From IMG/VR virus record IMGVR_UViG_3300031576_000066, positions 1 to 50,369 of that record: a stretch of 50,369 nt of DNA; one strand, written 5' to 3'. Below, one piece after another: positions 1 to 8,996 of this stretch. The position numbers and the translations under genes were made by a program. Origin of the DNA: a virus. Lineage: Duplodnaviria > Caudoviricetes. Each line of letters opens with the position of its first letter. Position 1 is the stretch's first letter. The notes beneath the pieces were generated by a model. It worked only from the letters and a program-made list of their open reading frames with translations. It had not been told where the DNA came from and did not search any database.

Positions 1-1
1 C

Positions 2-385
2 TGGGACCAGATAACCGAAGTCCAGGCACAGTTTGAGGCCTTCGTCGATCGGCGCGTCTTCAGCGCCATCCCCGAGCCTGTCTCCTTCAGGCCCGTAGAC
101 ATTGACCTTGAGTCGCGCGCCAAGGCGATGCTGCTCGTGTTCATGGGCGTTCAGAAGCAGGACTATGACGCCGCGGTTGAGGCGATTATGCCCAAGGCCA
201 AGGTGGACGCCGCTTACCTGGCACACCGCTCAGACTATGACGCTTGGGCCTCCGCGCTCCGCCGAACCCGCGACGAACTCGAAATATCCAACGTGCCCAC
301 CGCCGTAGCGGAAATGGCGCGCCTGGCCATGCAACGGCTGGACCAGCTCAACGCCGAACGCGAGGCCCAGCAGGTGGCTGAGTAA
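2..385 (+). CDS. hypothetical protein, 5'-partial
   Basis: Frame of ORF 128..385 is open back to base 2; its TAA overlaps the next ATG. Confidence 0.6.
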   Translation, partial: WDQITEVQAQFEAFVDRRVFSAIPEPVSFRPVDIDLESRAKAMLLVFMGVQKQDYDAAVEAIMPKAKVDAAYLAHRSDYDAWASALRRTRDELEISNVPTAVAEMARLAMQRLDQLNAEREAQQVAE

Positions 386-537
386 TGTTGGACGCGCTGG
401 CCGTCGGCTGGGTGGTCGTCGCCGTGTTCGTGTATCAGACCGAACCGGCGTTCACGTCCATGCTGCTCTTTTTGGCCGCACTGACATTGCAAGTACAGGG
501 TGCATCAACCGACCGCCCTAAAGGATCGAAAAAGTGA
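385..537 (+). CDS. small membrane protein (50 aa)
   Basis: Manual translation MLDALAVGWVVVAVFVYQTEPAFTSMLLFLAALTL... gives two hydrophobic stretches; coupled by TAATG. Confidence 0.45.
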   Translation: MLDALAVGWVVVAVFVYQTEPAFTSMLLFLAALTLQVQGASTDRPKGSKK

Positions 538-655
538 CGACCGAAAGACCGCGCAAGACAACCCGTAAGGGTGTCAAGCCCAGCCCGCGCAAAACGCCAG
601 TCCCCGGCTCAGGGAGAGGACGCCCAGCGCAGGGCTGGAATGCAGAGACGCGAAC

Positions 656-1219
656 ATGGCAAAGAAGCTAGAAACCAACCTCCTCTCACAGGTGGGGCAG
701 TTAGAGGGGGCTAATCCGGCCCTCGCCAAAGCCGGCCCAAAGAAGGGAGTCAAGAGCAAATCTTGGGACGAAGACCCCCAAATCCTTGCCCGCCTTGAGT
801 CCGTTGCTCAGATGATGCTCCGCCACGCTCGCCTGTGGCAGATTGCCGGAGTCTTCGGCTACGCCATCTCGACCGCCCGCAAGGACCGCGAGCGCGTCAA
901 AGAACTCTGGGCGCGTGAAGCCGCCGGCGCTGTAAACGCGCACCGCCAGCAAAGCATCGCCCAATTCCGTCACGTCCAGCAGGCGGCTTGGGCGGAGTGG
1001 GACAAGCACAAAGACCCGCAACTCCTGCGCATCGTCGGCGACCGCGAGCGCGACATCGTAGCTCTGCAAGGCACAGAGAGGCCGGTAGCCCAAGACATCA
1101 ACCTACACACTGACAATGACCGACCGCTTGAACACCTTTCCGACGCGGAACTCGCGGCACTCGAAGGCACGACGCCGGGACCTAAAGGCCGCAATAAAAA
1201 AGGAGATGATCAGGCGTGA
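656..1219 (+). CDS. terS: terminase small subunit
   Basis: HTH-like segment (LWQIAGVFGYAISTARKD), C-terminal LSDAELAAL, directly upstream of terL. Confidence 0.7.
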   Translation: MAKKLETNLLSQVGQLEGANPALAKAGPKKGVKSKSWDEDPQILARLESVAQMMLRHARLWQIAGVFGYAISTARKDRERVKELWAREAAGAVNAHRQQSIAQFRHVQQAAWAEWDKHKDPQLLRIVGDRERDIVALQGTERPVAQDINLHTDNDRPLEHLSDAELAALEGTTPGPKGRNKKGDDQA

Positions 1220-2672
1220 GTGGGCACGCCGCAAGCTCATCCGCTTCTGCCAGTTCTGCGATCCTTTATACGACGACGCCGACCACCTAAAGCTACTCGC
1301 GGACAAACTCCACGAGGTTGAGCGGTATGTAGAGTCGGGCGGGGCCGAGGGCATTGGGCGGCTGATCGTCAACATGCCGCCCAGGCATGGCAAGTCTGAA
1401 ACCGGCTCGAAGCGCTGGCCGGCCTTCTTGCTGGGGCGGCATCCGAAGTGGCATATCGGACTCATCGCCTACAACGATGGGTTTGCCGGTGACTTCAGCC
1501 GGGCCAACCGGGAACTCATCGCCAATAGTGATGAGTACCGGTTGCTCTTTCCCAAAATAAAACTGCACCCGGCCTCGCAAGCAGTGGAGAGATGGGCGCT
1601 CGCCGGCGGCGACCTGGACGATCCCAGTGTGGTCGCCACCGGCATAGGCGGCGCGCTGACCGGTCGCGGCTTCGAGATCATCATCATTGACGACCCGGTG
1701 AAGAACCGGGCCGAGGCCGAGTCGCCGACCTACCGCAAGAACCTGCACGACGCCTACAAGGGCACCATCCGCACGCGGCTGGAACCGGGCGGCGCAATCG
1801 TCATCATCTGCACCCGCTGGCACGAGGACGACCTGCCAGGTTGGCTGTTGGAGCAGGAGAGTCTGGGCGACGGCGAGCACTTCGAGACGATCAACATCCC
1901 GGCCCTCGCTGAGCCGGGCGACATGATGGGCCGCAAGCTGGGTGAGGCGCTATGGACCAAGCGCTTCGGGCGCAAGGACCTGCTCCTCACCAAAATGGCG
2001 CTCGGCTCGTATGAGTGGGAGGCGCAATACCAGGGCCATCCCAAGCCGCCTGAAGGTGGCAAGATACGGCGCGAATGGTTCCAGGTCATCGACGCCGACG
2101 AGATGCCGGCGCGCTTCAAGCCTGGACCGGACGGTGAGCCGCCTGCTGAGCGTTTGCAGTGGTACAGGTATTGGGACCTGGCGGCGACCGCCAAGACCAC
2201 CAGCAATCACACCGCGGCGGCGCGGGTTGCGTTTGACAGTGACGGCTATCTCTACATCGCTGACATGGTGCGCGGGCGCTGGGAGTGGCCGGAGCAAAAG
2301 AAGCAAATCAAGGCAACGATGAAGTCAGAGAAAGCGCTCGGCGTCAAGCACGGAGTAGAGTCAGCGCTTCACGGCACCTCGGCGGTCCAAGAGTTTATGA
2401 CCGACAAGGAACTCCACAACGTTGCTTTTGAAGGTGTGGACGTTCACGTAGACAAGCTCACCCGCGCTCTGCCGTGGATAGGCAGAGCAGAAGCCGGAAA
2501 AGTCATCCTGATCGCCGGCGTGTGGGTGGGTGCTTTTCTGGACGAGGCCGCGAACTTCACCGGCCACAACGATAAAGACGACGACCAGATCGACACGATT
2601 AGCGGAGGCGTGGCGATGTCTGAGCAAAAGCCAAAGAAACTCCGCAAGTCATCTAACCCGTTCTACGGGTAG
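1116..2672 (+). CDS. terL: terminase large subunit (Terminase_6 type; start could be 1206)
   Basis: Walker A NMPPRHGKS, Walker B IIIIDDP, coupling motif CTRW, nuclease YWDLA and DDQIDT. Confidence 0.95.
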   Translation: MTDRLNTFPTRNSRHSKARRRDLKAAIKKEMIRREWARRKLIRFCQFCDPLYDDADHLKLLADKLHEVERYVESGGAEGIGRLIVNMPPRHGKSETGSKRWPAFLLGRHPKWHIGLIAYNDGFAGDFSRANRELIANSDEYRLLFPKIKLHPASQAVERWALAGGDLDDPSVVATGIGGALTGRGFEIIIIDDPVKNRAEAESPTYRKNLHDAYKGTIRTRLEPGGAIVIICTRWHEDDLPGWLLEQESLGDGEHFETINIPALAEPGDMMGRKLGEALWTKRFGRKDLLLTKMALGSYEWEAQYQGHPKPPEGGKIRREWFQVIDADEMPARFKPGPDGEPPAERLQWYRYWDLAATAKTTSNHTAAARVAFDSDGYLYIADMVRGRWEWPEQKKQIKATMKSEKALGVKHGVESALHGTSAVQEFMTDKELHNVAFEGVDVHVDKLTRALPWIGRAEAGKVILIAGVWVGAFLDEAANFTGHNDKDDDQIDTISGGVAMSEQKPKKLRKSSNPFYG

Positions 2673-2680
2673 GAGGCCAC

Positions 2681-4252
2681 ATGCTATCTGCATCCGACAC
2701 TTCAAACCCAACGCCTGCACCCGCAGTCGCTCAAGGTCTTTTCGCCATCCTCAACGCGCGCATCGACGATCCCGACTTCCAAAAGGAACGCAAAGACCGC
2801 GCGGCCATGATCAAAGCCGCCCAGGATTACTATGATGGCCTGCACCCGCAGTCGCTCAAGGTACGCCCAAACGACAAAGACCCGAATGTAATCATCAACC
2901 TGTGCCGGCGGATCATCAATAACTCCGTGGCCTGGCTGTTCGGGGATGTGGAAAGCGGCGAGATTATAAAGATGGAACTCGAAGAGGGTGAGCGGCAGGA
3001 GCAGAAGGCCAACCCCGCCGAAGAGTCCAATGCGCCAGACGAACCGCCCGCCGAGTCAACTGAGCCAGAGATCGACCCTGGCGAGGAATGGCTCAAACAG
3101 GTCTGGGAGGCCAACGGCGGCGCACTCCTTCTACAGAAGCTCGGGCGGCGCGGGAGCATCAGCGGACACGGCTTTATGAAAGTCCTGCCCGCGACCGACC
3201 TGAGCAATGATCTGGGTGTGCCGCGTTTGGTGCTGCTCAAAAGCGCTATGGTCAGCGTACTGACCAAAGAGGACGACTCGGACACTGCCGAGGCTTTCGT
3301 GATTGAGTGGACAGAGAAGCGCATGGTGGGCGCGAGCAACCGCTTGCGCGACGTGAGAGTCCGCCAGATCATCACCCAGATCGGCGTTCAATGGGTGATA
3401 GCCCAATTCGCTGACACCGGGCGCGGGCGAGATAAGTGGCAGATTGAGTCAGGGCCAGAACTCTGGCCCTATAGCTGGTGCCCCATCGTGGACTGGCAGA
3501 ACCTTCCCAACGATGACTCGTACTATGGCCTCAGCGACTTGGAGGACTTGCCCACGATCAACAACGCGATCAACTTCACGGTGAGCAATGTCAACCGCAT
3601 CCTGTTCCTCCATGGCCACCCGCGCACGGTGGGCACCGGCTTTGAGGCCAGTGAAGTTCAAGACACCGCGATTGATTCCTTCTGGACCATCCCAGACGAA
3701 AAGGCCAAAGTCACCAACCTTGAGATGCAGAGCGACCTCGGCTCGGCCTTCGCCTTCCTGCAATTCCTAACCCAGCAGTTTTCCAACATCGGGCGCGATC
3801 TGGACGTGGCGAGCCTGGCCGACAAGATCGGGCAGATCACCAACTACGGCCTGCACGTGCTGGCCGACGCGGCGCTCAAGAAGCTGGGCGAGAAGCGCCT
3901 CAACTACGGGCGCGCCATCATCCAGATCAACCGTATCTTTCTGGAACTCGGCGGCTTCCCGGTCCAAGACACCAAGCTGCATTGGCAGCATCCGCTGCCC
4001 GAGGACGCTCTCGAAGAGGTCAAACGCCTGAAGGACGAGCGCGAGATGGGGATCGTGTCCAAGGAAAGCGCTGCCGAGGAGCGGGGCCGCAACTGGCAGA
4101 CTGAGAAGGACCGCATCGAAAGCGAACAGGCTAACGATGGAAATGCAGGTGAGATGATGCTCAGGGCCTTCGAGCGCGGCGCCGGCGCCCAGCCCTTCCG
4201 GCCCAACCCGGCACTGAGACAACCAGCGGCACCGCCGCAGAATGGAGCCTGA
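2681..4252 (+). CDS. portal protein (SPP1 gp6-like)
   Basis: 523 aa after terL with GGAGG RBS; DYYDG, N.CRRII, CPIV..N...G.SDLE motifs. Confidence 0.85.
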   Translation: MLSASDTSNPTPAPAVAQGLFAILNARIDDPDFQKERKDRAAMIKAAQDYYDGLHPQSLKVRPNDKDPNVIINLCRRIINNSVAWLFGDVESGEIIKMELEEGERQEQKANPAEESNAPDEPPAESTEPEIDPGEEWLKQVWEANGGALLLQKLGRRGSISGHGFMKVLPATDLSNDLGVPRLVLLKSAMVSVLTKEDDSDTAEAFVIEWTEKRMVGASNRLRDVRVRQIITQIGVQWVIAQFADTGRGRDKWQIESGPELWPYSWCPIVDWQNLPNDDSYYGLSDLEDLPTINNAINFTVSNVNRILFLHGHPRTVGTGFEASEVQDTAIDSFWTIPDEKAKVTNLEMQSDLGSAFAFLQFLTQQFSNIGRDLDVASLADKIGQITNYGLHVLADAALKKLGEKRLNYGRAIIQINRIFLELGGFPVQDTKLHWQHPLPEDALEEVKRLKDEREMGIVSKESAAEERGRNWQTEKDRIESEQANDGNAGEMMLRAFERGAGAQPFRPNPALRQPAAPPQNGA

Positions 4253-4253
4253 G

Positions 4254-4754
4254 ATGCCAACGCCTGACAAACTCGATCAAATCAACCAGCTCACACAGCC
4301 CAAGAGCTACGACTCCACCCAAGACATCCTTGAGCACAAACAGCGTGTGACCAAGTTTATCGGTGCCTTCGCGCTGGAGCTACTGCAACGCGCCCGCGAC
4401 CACGATAACTCGAAACTGCGCGAGCCAGAGAAAGCCGTCTTTGACGAGTACACATGGCGGCTGAAAAACACAGAGTTTGGCAGTGAGCAGTATAAGGCCC
4501 ATCTCGCTGGCATGGCTGATGGCCTGAAGCACCACTACGCCGCAAACCGCCACCACCCAGAACATTGGGATAACGGCATCGCGGGCATGACGCTCACCGA
4601 CCTGGTTGAGATGTTCTGCGACTGGCTGGCGGCGGCGGAGGGGCAGGGCAAGCCGGTTGACCTGGCCTACCTGTTCGAGCGCTTTCATATTGATGAACAG
4701 CTCAGGGCTATCTTCGCCAACACGCTCGCCACGCCCGATCCGCGCGCCAAGTAG
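4254..4754 (+). CDS. DUF5662-like HD-type protein
   Basis: HDNSKL, HHYAANRHHPEHW and EMFCDW motifs. Confidence 0.7.
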   Translation: MPTPDKLDQINQLTQPKSYDSTQDILEHKQRVTKFIGAFALELLQRARDHDNSKLREPEKAVFDEYTWRLKNTEFGSEQYKAHLAGMADGLKHHYAANRHHPEHWDNGIAGMTLTDLVEMFCDWLAAAEGQGKPVDLAYLFERFHIDEQLRAIFANTLATPDPRAK

Positions 4755-4766
4755 AAAGGACTCGCA

Positions 4767-5408
4767 ATGTTGATCTATGTGGCCGGCCCTTACCGAGGCA
4801 ACGTTGATAAGAATGTCCAGGCGGCTCGTGACTGCGCTATCGCGCTATGGGGTGCTGGCCATGCGGTCATCTGCCCGCACGCCAACACCTATCGCATGGA
4901 TGAGGGGACTGGCATCACCTCCGATGACCTCATAAAAGGTGATCTGAACATGCTCGCCCGCTGTGACGCGATTATGATGCTGCCCGGTTGGGAAGACAGC
5001 GAAGGCGCGACGATTGAGCTAAAGCACGCTGATGCTCTGGGCATTCCGATCTACGTCTACGCTGGCCCTGAGTTTTGCCCGGACCTGCACCCCACCGAAG
5101 TGCGCTCACCCATCCAAGCCCGCGCCTTCCTTGAGACGGTAATGAGGATGTACCGCGTTCACCTTCAAAAGAACGCGGACTACTCACCCGCCAACATCCT
5201 GGGGACTGGCGAAGTGGGAGTCGTCACGCGCCTGTGGGATAAGGTCGCGCGGCTGATGAATCTAACCGGCTTCCGCATGACGATCTCGGCGTCAGAGTTT
5301 TCCGCGCCGCGCACGCCGAACAACGAGTCCATCGATGACACCTACATGGACGCATCGGTTTATTCCATCATCGGCCTTTTGCTCCGGCGCGGGCAGTGGG
5401 GAGTCTGA
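4767..5408 (+). CDS. DUF4406 (deoxyribosyltransferase-like) domain fused to nucleotide-modification-associated domain 1 (DUF1599-like)
   Basis: N-half IYVAGPY...CDAIMMLPGWEDSEGATIE; C-half KNADY...RLWDKVARLMNL...ESIDDTYMD. Confidence 0.7.
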   Translation: MLIYVAGPYRGNVDKNVQAARDCAIALWGAGHAVICPHANTYRMDEGTGITSDDLIKGDLNMLARCDAIMMLPGWEDSEGATIELKHADALGIPIYVYAGPEFCPDLHPTEVRSPIQARAFLETVMRMYRVHLQKNADYSPANILGTGEVGVVTRLWDKVARLMNLTGFRMTISASEFSAPRTPNNESIDDTYMDASVYSIIGLLLRRGQWGV

Positions 5409-5409
5409 G

Positions 5410-5745
5410 ATGACAGCCAAGATCACCACACCCACCGACCTGATCGCGCCGCGCATCGTCTCGCTGAAGGAATTGCGCGATAAACTTCTGCCGAAGGTGG
5501 GGGGATGGAGTTGGGCTGAGGATGCGCTCGTGGACCTGTGGAAACTCGGCTCGCCCGATCCCCAGCATAGCATGTGCCCGCAGGTGGCCGAGAAAAGCGG
5601 CCCACCTTGCCCCATGCGCGAATGCCCGCACGTCAAGCGCCTGCTCATGCCCAGGCAGTTTCAGCAATGGTGGTCCGAAGTCCAGCAGCGCCAGGGCTGG
5701 GAGATGACAGCCGCACAGGCGCTCACCAAGAAGAGGCCAAAATGA
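5410..5745 (+). CDS. hypothetical protein
   Basis: GGGAG RBS, tightly packed, ATGA overlap with the next gene. Confidence 0.6.
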   Translation: MTAKITTPTDLIAPRIVSLKELRDKLLPKVGGWSWAEDALVDLWKLGSPDPQHSMCPQVAEKSGPPCPMRECPHVKRLLMPRQFQQWWSEVQQRQGWEMTAAQALTKKRPK

Positions 5746-6173
5746 AAGTCACCGTCAAGGGCGAAACAACCAATGAACCGTTGAATGAATCGTTTTCAGT
5801 CTGGGCGGGCGACGAGATCAAGATAACTACTGAGTCGGGCCAGTGGTTTACTCTCGACCTTGAGCCAGACATCTGGTTTGAGCACTTTTACCTTTTGCTA
5901 GCCAGAGCCAAAACATGGCGCGAGCGCTGGCATAGCGTCTCTCTTATTCTCAGTCGGGAGGAAACTATGGTGGAGACGACGCTCATTGACTGCCCGGTGT
6001 GCGGGCAAAAGGGCCTGCCTTCGGTTCACCTGCCAATGTGTACCGCTTGCGCGAATTTTCAGAGGCTGATTTTGCATACTACCGTTTACCGGATGGAAAC
6101 CATGAGCATGGGTGAACGCCTGAAACTCACATGGAGTCGGGTAGTCTCTTTATTCACCGGAAAGCATGGCTGA
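5742..6173 (+). CDS. hypothetical protein with a CxxC...CxxC zinc ribbon
   Basis: CPVC...CTAC; coupled to both neighbours. Confidence 0.55.
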   Translation: MKVTVKGETTNEPLNESFSVWAGDEIKITTESGQWFTLDLEPDIWFEHFYLLLARAKTWRERWHSVSLILSREETMVETTLIDCPVCGQKGLPSVHLPMCTACANFQRLILHTTVYRMETMSMGERLKLTWSRVVSLFTGKHG

Positions 6174-7224
6174 ACAGCCGCCAGTCCTCGAATCCGTCAA
6201 TCACTTTCGCGCCGCGCTTCTGCGCGAGGAGCGGGCTGCTGCCATGCGCTTGGTGCGGGCGTATGGCTCTGCTTACCAGAAGTTGCAGGGTGATATTGCC
6301 GCTCTCGAAGCCACAATCGCCGCCCTGCCTGAACCCACCTGGGGGCAGGTGGAGCGGCTATCGATCTATCGCCAACTCCAAGCGCAGATCGCCGAACAGA
6401 TCAACCGCTACGGCGTCATCGCTGAGAACGAAGTACAGCAGGGCACACTAGACTCCATCGCCCGCGCGCTGGCCGACTCTGAGCAGATGGTCCAGATGTC
6501 GCTGCCAGGCCTGCCGGCGGCCACCGTAAGAGGCCTGCTTGTGCATCTCAACCCTGACGCCGTGCTCACCATGATGGGCTTTTTAGAGTCGGACAGCCCG
6601 CTCTACACCAACCTTCGAACGCTCGGCGACTCAGTCGCTGACTTGGTGGCCGATAAGCTGAGAGAAGGGATCATCCTCGGCTATAACCCGCGCAAAGTTG
6701 CTCGGCTCATCCGGCAGGCGACTGGCCAGGGCCTGAGCTGGAGCCTGAACACCGCGCGCACCGCCAACCTGTGGGCCTATCGGCTGGCCTCACATGCGAA
6801 CTATCAGGCCAACCCGCATGTGATCAAGGGTTGGGTATGGTACGCGGAATTGGGAGACGTAAGGACGTGTTTAAGTTGCATTTCTCAGCATGGCTCTGAG
6901 CACACCCTAGACGAGGTGCTGAACGACCACCATGCAGGGAGGTGTTCTCCGATTCCAAGAACCTTCACCTACGCCGAACTCGGCTTCAATGTGCCAGAGG
7001 AGCCAGCCACCTACCAGCGGGGCGAGGAGTATTTCCGTGGCCTGAGCGCTCAGGAGCAACGCGACCGCATGGGGCACGCGATGTATTCAGCTTGGAAGTC
7101 GGGCGCTATCTCCTTCAGCGATCTCAGCCAGAGCTACACCGATCCGGTGTATGGCGAGATGCTGCGGGAGGCATCGCTAAAAGGGATACTCGGTGAGCGC
7201 GCAACCCAATTCTACAAACGGTAG
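6166..7224 (+). CDS. minor head/head morphogenesis protein (SPP1 gp7 / Mu gpF-like)
   Basis: C-terminal W.W....D.RTC..C...HG...DH..GRC motif; ARTA.. segment. Confidence 0.85.
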   Translation: MAEQPPVLESVNHFRAALLREERAAAMRLVRAYGSAYQKLQGDIAALEATIAALPEPTWGQVERLSIYRQLQAQIAEQINRYGVIAENEVQQGTLDSIARALADSEQMVQMSLPGLPAATVRGLLVHLNPDAVLTMMGFLESDSPLYTNLRTLGDSVADLVADKLREGIILGYNPRKVARLIRQATGQGLSWSLNTARTANLWAYRLASHANYQANPHVIKGWVWYAELGDVRTCLSCISQHGSEHTLDEVLNDHHAGRCSPIPRTFTYAELGFNVPEEPATYQRGEEYFRGLSAQEQRDRMGHAMYSAWKSGAISFSDLSQSYTDPVYGEMLREASLKGILGERATQFYKR

Positions 7225-7423
7225 GAAACTGGTCATGGTCGAGGTGTCAACCGCCGAGTGGAACCTGATCCGCCGTTTGCGGCGCTTGACAACTGGCAGA
7301 CATCTCCTTACAATAGATAAATCTCGCGCCGGTGTGGACGCGCTTTCTGTGATGGGCAGTGGGAATGTGGAGCACCTGGAGCAATTGCCTCTGCCTGCGC
7401 CCGAAGCTGGCGCTGAGTGTTGA
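7193..7423 (+). CDS. small hypothetical protein (helix plus beta-hairpin; start may be 7235)
   Basis: ORF track; fills the gap ahead of a structured intergenic region. Confidence 0.5.
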   Translation: MSAQPNSTNGRKLVMVEVSTAEWNLIRRLRRLTTGRHLLTIDKSRAGVDALSVMGSGNVEHLEQLPLPAPEAGAEC

Positions 7424-7571
7424 GCTATACGAACATTTTTTCATGCAGTAAAGGTCGCCGTCAAGTAGGGCGGCGAGCATCGCAGGCTAGGCGCGCAAGT
7501 GTCTGGCACGGCGAGCCGGAGCAAAGTCAGTAAGTGTAACCGGCGGCAGGTGAGATATTTTGAATAGACGA

Positions 7572-7651
7572 GAGGCGGCGGGTAACAGGTCCTAATCCCA
7601 CTCAAACCGTAAATTCGGACACAGCCGCCGGTTCGACTCCGGGCCGTCTCG
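7572..7651 (+). ncRNA. tRNA-like element (non-canonical D and anticodon arms)
   Basis: 7-bp acceptor stem GAGGCGG/CCGTCTC; T arm CCGG-TTCGACT-CCGG; 80 nt long. Confidence 0.45.
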
Positions 7652-7720
7652 TCTGGCTAACAACTGAATATCGTGGCGCGTAACAGCGCAACGGACCCCA
7701 GAAACTCTAACAGGAGACAC

Positions 7721-7758
7721 ACAGGGCCACCGACTTTGATCGGTGGCCCTGTTTTTTT
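7721..7758 (+). terminator. intrinsic terminator
   Basis: Perfect 13-bp stem ACAGGGCCACCGA/TCGGTGGCCCTGT followed by T7. Confidence 0.85.
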
Positions 7759-7762
7759 GTTT

Positions 7763-8218
7763 ATGGACAGCGTACAGCGCAGGCAAGTAGCCGAGGCCTT
7801 CACCAGAACCATCAACCTGAGCGCGGATCGTGTGCTCGAAGTCTCGGACCAAATCCAGGATCGCGCCAATGCGCGGCCTGATCTCACCGTGCTCTGCAAG
7901 TTTGATCGAAGTATGCAGGTGAGACGGCTCAAGAACATCTCGCCGCGCAACTGGAATCCAAGCGACTGGAACAACGCCAGCGCCATCCTTGACCAGATCG
8001 CGGCCTTGAAAACCAGCACGCGCCAAGTCGAGAACATTCTCGCCCTCGCCGTGTTGGGGGTTGAGTCGGATGGACTCAAGGACGCTCTCAAATTCCTGAG
8101 CGAAGCCTATGCAGAGCCTGAACTCGTTGAAATTGCGGCGCCCGTCGCCGCTCCAAAACCTACGCTACCTGAGCGGCAATCAGGGAAGGGAAACAATTCA
8201 AATGGCAGACGCAACTGA
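7763..8218 (+). CDS. hypothetical protein
   Basis: In-frame ATG of ORF 7673..8218 just after the terminator; overlaps the scaffold start. Confidence 0.55.
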   Translation: MDSVQRRQVAEAFTRTINLSADRVLEVSDQIQDRANARPDLTVLCKFDRSMQVRRLKNISPRNWNPSDWNNASAILDQIAALKTSTRQVENILALAVLGVESDGLKDALKFLSEAYAEPELVEIAAPVAAPKPTLPERQSGKGNNSNGRRN

Positions 8219-8930
8219 CCCGAACGAAAAGAAAGACCCGGCCGATCCGAAGCCTGGCGATCCACCCGCTAAGAAACCGCCTCAATCCCCAACGGCAGGG
8301 GACCCAGACGCCGGTAAACCCGAGGCGACTTTCACGCAGGCGGATCTGGACCGCATCGCTGGCACCGCGCGCAAAGACGGCAAGAGCGCCGAGCGCGCTG
8401 CGCTTTTGCAGGCTCTGGGCGTAGACAGCCTTGAGGCCGCACAAGTCGCCATCAAGGCCGCAGACGATGCCAAGCGTGCGCAGATGTCCGAATCTGAAAG
8501 GCTCAAGACAGACAAAGAGGCCGCGGAAAAACGGGCCACAGACGCGGAAGCCGCCCGCCAGCGCTCTGACGCCGAACGGCTACAGGCGCTGATGGAGTCG
8601 GAGATCGTCTCTCTGGCTTCGTCCGATCAAGAGTGGGGCCGCTTCGCCAATCCCAAGGCCGTTGTCAAGCTGATCGAAACCAAAGCGATCAAGTTTGAGG
8701 ATGGGCAGTGGGTTGGAGTCGAGGCCGCCCTCAAAAATCTCGCCGAGAAAGAGACATGGACGCTCGCCCCGAAGGGCGGAGGCACTCAGACCAACATCGG
8801 AATCACCAACGGCAAGAAGACAGTCGGTGCCCGCACCGACGATGACCGCCGCGCTGAGTATTTTGGCGGCGGCAAACGCCGGACATTCTTTGAGCCATCC
8901 CCGGATGGCGTTCGTGGTCGAGAAAAGTAA
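8202..8930 (+). CDS. capsid scaffolding protein
   Basis: Pro/Asp-rich N-terminus, TFTQADLDRI motif and coiled coil; directly before the major capsid gene. Confidence 0.8.
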   Translation: MADATDPNEKKDPADPKPGDPPAKKPPQSPTAGDPDAGKPEATFTQADLDRIAGTARKDGKSAERAALLQALGVDSLEAAQVAIKAADDAKRAQMSESERLKTDKEAAEKRATDAEAARQRSDAERLQALMESEIVSLASSDQEWGRFANPKAVVKLIETKAIKFEDGQWVGVEAALKNLAEKETWTLAPKGGGTQTNIGITNGKKTVGARTDDDRRAEYFGGGKRRTFFEPSPDGVRGREK

Positions 8931-8948
8931 CCGACCGTAATCCCCGCT

Positions 8949-8971
8949 CCTTTGCGCCACAGGCGCAAAGG
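8949..8971 (+). promoter_or_regulatory. hairpin upstream of the major capsid RBS
   Basis: CCTTTGCGCC-ACA-GGCGCAAAGG perfect 10-bp stem, no U-tract, followed by AAGGAGGT. Confidence 0.5.
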
Positions 8972-8996
8972 TCAGGAGATAAGGAGGTAAGACCCA

